From positions 1-15,914 of the forward strand of contig NW_021825443.1 in the NCBI RefSeq assembly GCF_006345805.1: DNA of 15,914 nt. Direction: 5' to 3'. Position 1 is the stretch's first letter. Each line of letters starts with the position of its first letter. A program made the position numbers and the translations under genes. The DNA is from Octopus sinensis. Its lineage: Eukaryota. Positions 8,315 to 15,914 of the stretch are shown here, in pieces. The notes below the pieces were generated by a model. That model worked only from the letters and a program-made list of their open reading frames with translations. It was not told where the DNA came from and did not search any database.

Positions 8315-8532
8315 ACGGGAAAGTTTACGAAAATAAACAAAAGACGAAGACAGGTGGAGTACAAACAAACAAATGTATTAGTATAGCGCTCAGGAATAGA
8401 AATAGAAAAAGTCTTTTACGTTTCGAGCCTACGCTCTTCGACAGAAAGATACACAGAAAAGAAACAAGGAGAGAAAAAAAATGAGAGAAAAAATGCGTGT
8501 AGGAGCTAACAATCTATCATGGCGTCCTGACC
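8315..8532 (-). mobile_element. 218-bp element inserted in (TA)n; probable Penelope-like or retrozyme-type non-autonomous element
   Basis: Flanked by (TA)n on both sides and contains a hammerhead-like fold at 8412-8449. Confidence 0.6.
8412..8449 (-). ncRNA. Minimal type-I hammerhead-ribozyme-like motif, variant core
   Basis: UCUUU-CUGUCGA-A-GAGC-GUAG-GCUC-GAAA-CGU-A-AAAGA: 5-bp stem I, 4-bp stem II, palindromic ACGU stem III and a GUA triplet. Confidence 0.6.
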
Positions 8533-8748
8533 ATATATATATATATATATATTTATATACGCACACAGGTGTAGGAGTCGCTGTGTGGTATAAGTAGCTT
8601 GCTTATGAACCTCGTCGTTCCGGGTTCAGTCCCACTGCATGGCACCTTGGGCAAGTTTCTTCTGCTATGGCCTCAGGCCGACCAAAGCCTTGTGAGTGGA
8701 TTTGGTAGACGGAAACTGAAAGAAGCCCATCGTATATATGTATGTATG

Positions 8749-8796
<48 letters not shown>

Positions 8797-8810
8797 AATA
8801 TAATAAATAT

Positions 8811-9091
8811 TAGGGAATAAATCCAAATTTACAGGGAAAATCAGATTTAGGATTGAATCCAATTTTATAGTAAAATATTATATAATATTATATAATATTA
8901 ATTAGAGACAAAAACCACTTCATAACTTTAAAATTGAATAGAAGATATGAAATCCACCTGATAATGTCATTTGAAGACAGGAAACAATTGTAGTGGCGAT
9001 TTATTTACTTATATTAAAATTTTTTATGTATTGATTAAGTCTTTCCTTGTTTGATTTGCAAATAGTGGTTTTGTCTCTAATTAATATTATA

Positions 9092-9093
<2 letters not shown>
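8811..9093. mobile_element. (TA)n-embedded element with an internal inversion and a hammerhead-like motif (Penelope-like derivative)
   Basis: Starts (TA)n-TAGGG, has inverted arms at 8889-8919 and 9064-9093, and a hammerhead-like fold at 8954-8996. Confidence 0.65.
8954..8996 (+). ncRNA. Minimal type-I hammerhead-ribozyme-like motif (G8>A in the core)
   Basis: CCAC-CUGAUAA-UGUC-AUUUGAA-GACA-G-GAAA-CAAUUG-U-A-GUGG: stem I CCAC/GUGG, perfect palindrome ACAAUUGU as stem III, GUA triplet. Confidence 0.65.
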
Positions 9094-9150
<57 letters not shown>

Positions 9151-9394
9151 GTATATATGTATGTGTATTGTGTGTTTTGTGTGTCTGTGTTTGTCCCCCC
9201 CCCCCAGAACATCGCTGACAACTGATGTTGGTGTGTTTACGTCCCCGTAACTTAGTGGTTCGGCAAGAGACCGATAAATAAGTACTAGGCTTACAAAGGA
9301 TAAGTCCTGGTGTCGATTTGCTCGACTAAAGACGGTGCTCCAGCATGGCCACAGTCAATGACCTGAAACAATAAAAGAGTAAAAGAGTAAACAC

Positions 9395-9520
9395 ATGCAC
9401 ATATATATACACACACACACACACATTATAATATATAATATATATATATATATATATACATACATACACATCATATAAATATTTAATATATACCTATGTA
9501 TGCATGTGTGTGTGTGTGGG
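9395..9520. repeat. Compound (CA)/(TA)/(TG) microsatellite
   Basis: Direct inspection. Confidence 0.9.
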
Positions 9521-9779
9521 TGTGTTTGTATGTAACAACAAACTATTCACACACCCCACCCCAAGAAACCAAACTACATTTCCTCTTCATAAACTATGAT
9601 TGTCTTCCAATCCCCTTTCCTGCCCTCACTGCCCTCTACCCAGGTTTTCACCAATCCCCACTCCCTACTTGCACCTTCTTGGCAACACCTGACCTTTGTA
9701 CCTCTCTTTTCTCAACTCTACCATCACATCTATGCTCTGATCCTTGTTACTTGTGAGTAAACCCTGGCACTTCACCATC

Positions 9780-9980
9780 TCTCTCCTGCTCTCTCTCTTA
9801 CACTTTTGCTGTTTCCTACTCTCTCTCTCTCTCTCTCTTTCTCTTTCCTTCACTCTTCCCTCTGGCTGGATAGCCACGTATCTCCTCTACAGCAGCACAC
9901 CTATTTCTGCCCTTATTTATGGTCACTTTCTCTCTTTCTCTCTCTCTTTTCATTCACTCACACACACACACTCTCTCTCA
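9780..9980. repeat. (CT)n-rich low-complexity tract
   Basis: Direct inspection. Confidence 0.8.
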
Positions 9981-10097
9981 CTGGGTAACCATGAAATAAA
10001 GTGTCTGCTCAAGGAAGCAATCTTGTAGCTGGATATTGAACTCATGACCTTATGTTCATAAGCTGAATGCTGCAACCACTAAAGCACGTAATTTCAC
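9981..10097 (-). mobile_element. SINE family B 5' part, degenerate
   Basis: ctgggtaaccatgaaataaagtgtctgctcaagga...attgaactcatgacc...aaccactaaagc aligns to the B head and core. Confidence 0.7.
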
Positions 10098-10110
10098 CAG
10101 TCATTGTATA

Positions 10111-10873
10111 AGGGTTAAAGACCCCTTTCAGTCATGAATGACCATGGGATTGCATCTAGAATGTTCCCCTCCAAGGCACAACTGCAGGTAAGGCTGTTTG
10201 TGAAAGCCCAGCAGTCACCCATGCATAGCGCCTCCACATTCCATGTGCCCAATGTATCAAGGGAAAGGCAAAGGGGCCGATACAGCTTGGCACCTGGACG
10301 GACGTCGCAACTCATTTCTACAGCTGAGGGAACTGGAGCAATGTGAAATAAAAGTGTCTTGCTCAAGAACTCAACACATAGGTGTAGGAGTGGCTGTGTG
10401 GTAAGTAGCTTGTTTACCAACCACATGGTTCCGGGTTCAGTCCCACTGCGTGGCACCTGGGGCAAGTGTTTCTTCTGCTATAGCCTCGGGCTGACCAAAG
10501 CCTTGTGAGTGGATTTGGGAGACGGAAACTGAAAGAAGCCCGTCGTATAATGTATATATATGTATTTATATGTGTGTGTATGTTTGTGTGTTGTGTTTGC
10601 CCCCTCCCCCAACATCGCTTTAACAACCGAGCTGGTGTTGTGTATGTCCCCGTAACTTAGCGGTTCGGCAAAGAGACTGATAGAATAAGTACTGGGCTTA
10701 CAAAGAAATAAGTCCTGGGGTCGATTTCTCGACTAAAGGTGGTGCTCCAGCATGGCCACAGTCAAATGACTGAAACAAGTAAATGAATAAATGAATAGCT
10801 TGGTCTGAGAATTGAACTCACTATGTCATGATTGTTAGCTTGACTCTCTAGCAACTAAGTCATACACTTTCAC
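10111..10873 (-). mobile_element. SINE family B, full length, split by a family-A insertion
   Basis: Body at 10111-10380. The tRNA head resumes at 10798 (gcttggtctgagaattgaactcac...catacactttcac). Confidence 0.88.
10381..10797 (+). mobile_element. SINE family A, full length, nested in family B
   Basis: A-box-like tggctgtgtgg, B-box-like ggttcagtccc, CORE-like ggcaagtgt...tcttct, short internal TA/TG tract and an aaatgaataaatgaata tail. Confidence 0.95.
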
Positions 10874-11040
10874 ACACAACACACAATCCTGCCTAGGAAT
10901 TGAACCCACTCCCTTATGATTATGAGCCCGACACTAACCACTCAGCCAACCGCCTTCACACACAACACATAGCCCAGCCCAGGAATCAAACTCACTACCT
11001 CGTGGTTTTAAGCCTGACACTCTAACCACTTAGCCATTCA
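10874..11040 (-). repeat. Two extra tandem tRNA-like heads of SINE family B
   Basis: 10874-10959 (rc gtgaaggcggttggctgagtggttag...ggttcaattcc) and 10960-11040 (rc tggctaagtggttag...gtttgattcc) each carry A- and B-box-like motifs. Confidence 0.85.
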
Positions 11041-11178
11041 TAGAATTGAAAAATAGCAGGAAAAAAAAAACAACAGAGTAAAGAAAATAAAACAGATAAA
11101 TAACAAAAGGAATTTACTGGAGACTAAGATACTTGCAAAATCCCCAATCCAAAAACGACCTACATCAAAAAAATTATC

Positions 11179-11387
11179 ACTTACAAGATTTTCTTAATAA
11201 TTAAGATATATAATTGCATCTTCTCTGATAGGAACTCATTAGCATATCTATTTCAATCATAAAATGAAATAAGATTTTTCGCTGGTTGTAAACAAGCCAG
11301 ATTAATATTGTTCTAAGTGGATGGAAATGGCGAAGAAGAAATTTTTTGGAAATGGTTAATATCAATTTTAGAAAAAAAATGGTAATT
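11179..11387. promoter_or_regulatory. Candidate divergent promoter or first-exon region
   Basis: A-rich to T-rich strand switch, minus-strand donor GTAAGT (11184-11179), POU-like ATGCTAATGAG (rc 11245-11235), FOX-like TGTAAACA (11287), YY1-like AAATGGCG (11325) and plus-strand donor GTAATT (11382). Confidence 0.3.
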
Positions 11388-11694
11388 TTATTTACTAGGA
11401 AAAAAAATCCAAGTTCAGATATTTCTGTTTTGGTTTTTTTCTTTTTGTTTCTGATATAAATTTAGTGTTTTTTGGGGGTATTTTTTCAGTTTTTTTCTGG
11501 GAGGTAGGTTGGGGTTTGGAGTTGATTCGATGTTGCATCCATTTTATCTAATTCCTGGTAGAATATTTTTGGTTATGTGCAATCTTTTCCTTCAATAACA
11601 TTACCCAAGAGATTGAGGTTTTTACCGTTTTTGTTGGAAATAAACCGTACAAATAAAACCACAACAAAACACAATTGAGTCATATGATACACAC

Positions 11695-12057
11695 TCATAC
11701 ATATATGTACATATACACACATGCATTTATTATATATATGTATATATACATATATGTGTGTGTGTATATATAGATATATGTGTGTGTGTATATATATATA
11801 TGTGTGTGTGTATATATGTGTGTGTGTGTATATATATATGTGTGTGTGTGTGCATATATATGTATATTTATGTGTGTGTGTGTGTGTGTGTGTGTGCATA
11901 TATATATATATACATACAGAAGACACACACACAAATAAATATATATATAAATATATACATACTTGCACAAGCACATACAAGTATATTTATAATATTTATA
12001 TGTATAATATATATATTCATATATATATATATACATGTGTGTGAGTGTGTGTGGGTA

Positions 12058-12097
<40 letters not shown>

Positions 12098-12330
12098 TAC
12101 AGACACACACACAAATATATATATATATACTTGCACAAGCACATACAAGTATATTTATATAGTTTTATATATAATATATATTCATATATATTACATGTCT
12201 GTGTGTGTGCGTGTGTATACATTTATATGCAGACACACAGAGGAACATACACTATATGCATGCATGCACACACACACACACATGCATACACACACACATG
12301 CACACACCACACACATGCATATGCGCACAC
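11695..12330. repeat. Compound (TA)/(TG)/(CA) microsatellite with an internal ~168-bp duplication
   Basis: acttgcacaagcacatacaagtatatttata occurs at 11961 and 12129. Confidence 0.95.
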
Positions 12331-12452
12331 AATTCTCGGATATAATTTTTTGAAAGATTTTTTTTTTTTGGTTTATGGATTGCAATCTTGCAGTCTCTAA
12401 TAATTCACTTATTAGAATGATTATCTTCTGGCCATTGTTAGAATTTTGTCAG

Positions 12453-12530
12453 GCGGAGATGGTGGGATGGAAGACCGCGGAGAAAAGACCGGATAAACTA
12501 CTTATTAAAGAACTAAGGAGATGCACGGGT
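12453..12530 (+). other. Candidate internal exon
   Basis: ttttgtcag acceptor, an open frame AEMVGWKTAEKRPDKLLIKELRRCT, CpG-containing purine-rich sequence, and GT donors at 12529 or 12531. Confidence 0.3.
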
Positions 12531-12570
12531 GTATATATGTAGTTGTATGTGTTTGTGTGTATACATATGC

Positions 12571-12735
12571 GTGGAGGCGCAATGGCCCAGTAGTTAGGGC
12601 AGCGGACTCGCGGTCATAGGATCGCGGTTTTGATTCCCAGACCGGGCGTTGTGAGTGTTTATTGAGCGAAAACACCTAAAGCTCCATGAGGCTCGGCAGG
12701 GGATGGTGGTGATCCCTGCTGTACTCTTTCACCAC
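12571..12735 (+). mobile_element. SINE family C, 3'-truncated
   Basis: Near-identical to 12966-13135; tRNA-like head tggcccagtagttagggcagcggactc...ggttttgattcc. Confidence 0.93.
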
Positions 12736-12833
12736 ATAGTAGAAGACACTTGCCCAAGGTGCCATGCAATGGGACTGAACCTGGAACCATGTGTTCGTAA
12801 GCAAGCTACTTACCACACAGCCACTCCTGCACC
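12736..12833 (-). mobile_element. SINE family A head, 3'-truncated
   Basis: Reverse complement of 10381-10480. Confidence 0.93.
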
Positions 12834-12965
12834 TCAGTGTGTAAATATTTTGTGTTTTCTCATTACATTAATTTCAAGAACTATTTTTATGGCCGGGGAA
12901 ATCTGTATTTATTGAATATTTTACCTTTTTTCAAACTTCTGATCACACAGGTCTTTGGGCATAAA

Positions 12966-13365
12966 GTGGAGGTGCATTGGCCCAGTGGTTTAGGGCAGCG
13001 GACTCGCGGTCATAGGATCGTGGTTTCGATTCCCAGACCGGGCGTTGTGAGTGTTTATTGAGCGAAAACACCTGAAAGCTCAATGAGGCTCCGGCAGGGG
13101 ATGGTGGTGATCCCTGCTGTACTCTTTCACCACAACTTTCTCTCACTCTTACTTCCTGTTTCTTCTGTTTGTACCTTGTGTATTTCAAAGGGCCGGCCTT
13201 GTCATTCTCTGTGTCACGCTGAATATCCCCGAGAACTACGTTAAGGTACACGTGTCTGTGGATTGCTCAGCCACTTACACGTTAATTTCACGAGCAGGCT
13301 GTTCCGTTGATTCGGATCAACCGGAACCCTCGTCATCGTCATCGTACCCGACGGAGTGCTTCCAT
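12966..13365 (+). mobile_element. SINE family C, apparently full length (~400 bp)
   Basis: A-box tggcccagtgg, B-box ggtttcgattcc, and a GC/CpG-rich body ending gacggagtgcttcca. Confidence 0.92.
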
Positions 13366-13493
13366 CCATACATATGCATGGCAGCATGAGTATGTATGTG
13401 TTTGCAAAGAATATTTCTACTTTGGTGTGTGATGTGTAAAAAGTGTAGAAAGACTATCAAAAGTGAAAACAAAATAAGAATTTATGGTACCAG

Positions 13494-13570
13494 ACATCTT
13501 AACGCATGTCTTTGGTGACTTTTGGGTACTTAATTCAAAACCTTGATGTTAGAAATCTTGTAAAAGATCT
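13494..13570 (+). other. Candidate exon with a possible start codon
   Basis: ccag acceptor at 13492-13493; ATG at 13506 opens MSLVTFGYLIQNLDVRNLVKD up to a GTAAGT donor at 13571. Confidence 0.25.
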
Positions 13571-13583
13571 GTAAGTTCTCATA

Positions 13584-14146
13584 TTACTCTTTTACTCTTT
13601 TACTTGTTTCAGTCATTTGACTGCGGCCATGCTGGAGCACCGCCTTTAGTCGAGCAACACGACCCCGGGACTTATTCTTTGTAAGCCCAGTACTTATTCT
13701 ATTGGTCTCTTTTGCTGAACTGCTAAGTAAAAAGGGACATAAACACACCAGCATCGGTTGTCAAGCAATGCTAGGGGAACAAACACAGACACAACCCCCC
13801 CCCCCTATATATATATATATATCTAATTTAGGATAAATTTTTTTTTGAAAAAATCTAATTTAGGATAAAATTCTTTTTTGAAAAAATTTTATCAATGGCC
13901 AGCATATTAAAAAATACCTTTAAAGGTTAATTGTTTATATATTAATGTTTATATATATATAATATATATATATATTATATATATACGATGGGCTTCCTTT
14001 CAGTTTCCATCTACCAAATCCACTCACAAGGCTTTGGTCAGCCTGAGGCTATAGTAGAAGACAATTGCCCAAGGTGCCACACAGTTGGGACGTGAACCCT
14101 GAAACCATGTGTTGGTAAACAAGCTACTTACCACACAGCCACTCCT
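13584..14146 (-). mobile_element. SINE family A, full length, with its internal (TA)n interrupted by 13821-13950
   Basis: The tail (13584-13800) and head (13985-14146) are reverse complements of 10381-10797. Confidence 0.93.
13821..13950. mobile_element. Short (TA)n-embedded insertion related to 8811-8880, with a 32-bp tandem duplication
   Basis: atctaatttaggataaa occurs at 13821 and 13853. aaaatctaatttaggat (13850-13866) matches aaaatcagatttaggat (8837-8853) at 15/17. Confidence 0.55.
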
Positions 14147-14176
14147 CTTTTTGTTCTTTAATATTCGACTTGTTTC

Positions 14177-14386
14177 AAGGTTAGGAAGCTGGCAGAATCA
14201 TCACAAAGCCAGGAAAAAATGCTACTCAGTATTTCTGCTGAGTTCAAGTTCTGTTGAGGTCAACTTTGCCCTTCATCCTTTCAGGGTTGCTAAAATAAGT
14301 ACCAATCATGTACTGGGGTCAATGCAATCAACTTACTGACTGACCCTGAAATTGCTGGCTGTGTGCCAAAATATGAAATCAATATT
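14177..14386 (+). mobile_element. SINE family D, degenerate
   Basis: gctggcagaa...gagttcaagttc...gtcaactttgcccttcatcctttcaggg...aaaataagtacca is the reverse complement of the D copies. Confidence 0.85.
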
Positions 14387-14406
14387 CCACGTTTCACTCA
14401 TTTGGT

Positions 14407-14580
14407 TACAGCCATGTTGGAGCACCATCATAAAGACTTCAGCTGAATAACTCCAACTCACTTCAGTTTTTTTCTAATTTTTTAATTTTATCATTCACTT
14501 CTGCAGAATTGCAAAGGATGTAAACTAACCAACACTAGTTATCAAGCAATGGAGATACACAACACACATACACACATATA
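14407..14580 (-). mobile_element. Highly decayed family-A-like tail
   Basis: cagccatgttggagcacc and caacactagttatcaagcaatg resemble 13620-13645 and 13745-13770. Confidence 0.4.
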
Positions 14581-14656
14581 CACCATCATCATCATCGTTA
14601 TTATTATCATTAATATTATCATTTTATGCTCATGCCAGTGTCACATTAAAAGCACC

Positions 14657-14891
14657 TATTTCTTTACTACCCACAAGGGGTTAAACACAGAGAGGACAAA
14701 CAAGGACAGACAAATGGACTAAGTCGATTATATCGACCCCAGTGCGTAACTGGTACTTACTTAATCAACCCTGAAAGGATGAAAGGCAAAGTTGACCTCG
14801 GCGGAATTTGAACTCAGAACGTAACGCAGACGAAATACCGCAAAGCATTTTGCCCGGCGTGCTAACTTTTCTGCCAGCTTCATGCCACCTC
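14657..14891 (-). mobile_element. SINE family D, full length, with a 9-bp TSD
   Basis: Flanked by aaaagcacc (14648-14656) and aaaagtacc (14892-14900). The body gcctttcatcctttcagggttgattaagtaagtacca (rc) recalls a Meta-type central domain (inference). Confidence 0.93.
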
Positions 14892-14996
14892 AAAAGTACC
14901 GGTGCAAAACAGCACCAGTAACAGATAACAAGAAGGAGAGAAGAAGAAAATGAAGAGAAGGATTATTTATAAGTAGCATAGCATTAACTTTAATTC

Positions 14997-14998
<2 letters not shown>

Positions 14999-15041
<43 letters not shown>

Positions 15042-15051
15042 TATATATATA
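14999..15051. repeat. (TA)n microsatellite
   Basis: Direct inspection. Confidence 0.98.
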
Positions 15052-15240
15052 TAGGGTAAAAAGTTATTAATTTTATAAAATTAACAAATTTTACTAAGTA
15101 GTTTTCGATATGGAAAAGAACCATATTCGGTAAAAACGTATACAAAAAGTATTTTTTTATATATAATTATAACAATAATTAAGGGTTTAGCAATAAGTTG
15201 CTTGACCACATACCGAAAATTTTAGAAATAGCAGCCAAAA
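15052..15240 (-). mobile_element. (TA)n-TAGGG-terminated element with a hammerhead-shaped fold
   Basis: Same terminus as 8811, with a fold at 15089-15135. The right boundary is approximate. Confidence 0.45.
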
Positions 15241-15459
15241 GATTGTTATTCTTCAATCAAGCAAATCTTTGAGCAAAGACATTACACTACTTCTATTGTG
15301 ATGGCACCATGTAGACATATCTTAGATTATGTCCTCTAAAAAGAGTTACCTGACTAATAAAAATATGATCCCAAACTAACAATTCCCAACCCCAGATTAA
15401 CACTCATGAGCTAGCTTTTCCCTTAAACTTTTGATATATACTGCTCCTCCAAACCTATT

Positions 15460-15872
15460 TCTTTACTACCCACAAGGGGCTAAACACAAAGAGGATAAAC
15501 AAGGACAGTCAAACGGATTAAATCGATTATATCGACCCCAGTGCGTAACTGGTACTTATTTAATCGACCCCGAAAGGATGAAAAGCAAAGTCAACCTCGG
15601 CGGAATTTGAACTCAGAACATAGCGGTAGATGAAATACCTATTTCTTTACTACCAACAAGGGGCTAAACACAGAGAGGACAAGCAAGGACTGACAAACGG
15701 ATTAAGTCGATTATTTTGACCCCAGTGCATAACTGGTACTTATTTAATCGACCCCGAAAGGATGAAAGGCAAAGTCAGCCTCGGCGGAATTTGAACTCAG
15801 AACATAGCGGCAGACGAAATACCAGTAAGCATTTTGCCCAGCGTGCTAACATTTCTGGCAGCTCACTGCCTT
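15460..15872 (-). mobile_element. Dimeric SINE family D (one head, two bodies) with a 12-bp TSD
   Basis: 184-bp period (acctatttctttactacc at 15453 and 15637). TSD tccaaacctatt at 15448-15459 and 15873-15884. Confidence 0.95.
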
Positions 15873-15914
15873 TCCAAACCTATTGGTTTGCTGCTCTTAC
15901 CCCTGTTTAGATCA

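Larger units (their letters stand above)
8568..9390 (+). mobile_element. SINE family A, full length, with its internal (TA)n tract expanded and interrupted by 8811-9093
   Basis: The head (8568-8730) and tail (9171-9390) both align to the uninterrupted copy at 10381-10797. Confidence 0.92.

Noticed and set aside
9540-9780. C-rich stretch with an 86-aa ORF
   Set aside because: Pyrimidine-biased low complexity; may be an old LINE UTR but could not be assigned.
10115-10626. ORFs of 70-116 aa
   Set aside because: Entirely within nested SINEs.
11499-11520. G-rich run gggaggtaggttggggtttgg as a G-quadruplex
   Set aside because: Mostly two-G tracts; too weak to call.
10381-13050. tRNA-like heads (families A, B, C) as real tRNA genes
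   Set aside because: No clean cloverleaf or anticodon arm; each continues into a SINE body and occurs in several diverged copies.

Overview
AT-rich, repeat-saturated eukaryotic DNA. The SINE families and microsatellite load look like an octopod cephalopod genome; this is inferred from recall of those repeats, not from a search. There is no intact long gene, and nearly all ORFs in the supplied track are microsatellite or SINE read-through. The window holds four tRNA-derived SINE families (labelled A-D here), 3' fragments of Tx1/L1-, R4/Dong-, CR1- and RTE-type LINEs, a decayed hAT (SPIN/GTF2IRD2-like) transposase split by a LINE tail, a 573-bp Merlin-like MITE with an 8-bp TSD whose empty sites are visible in neighbouring tandem copies, and many microsatellites. 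Two signals stand out. First, several short elements embedded in or abutting (TA)n tracts share (TA)n-TAGGG/ACGGG termini, and three carry minimal, Penelope-type hammerhead-ribozyme-like folds with non-canonical cores (8412-8449, 8954-8996, 15089-15135). Second, a 48-aa minus-strand ORF (8107-8253) below the ORF-track cut-off has a signal-peptide-like N-terminus and an RKR site. A possible divergent promoter lies near 11.2-11.4 kb.
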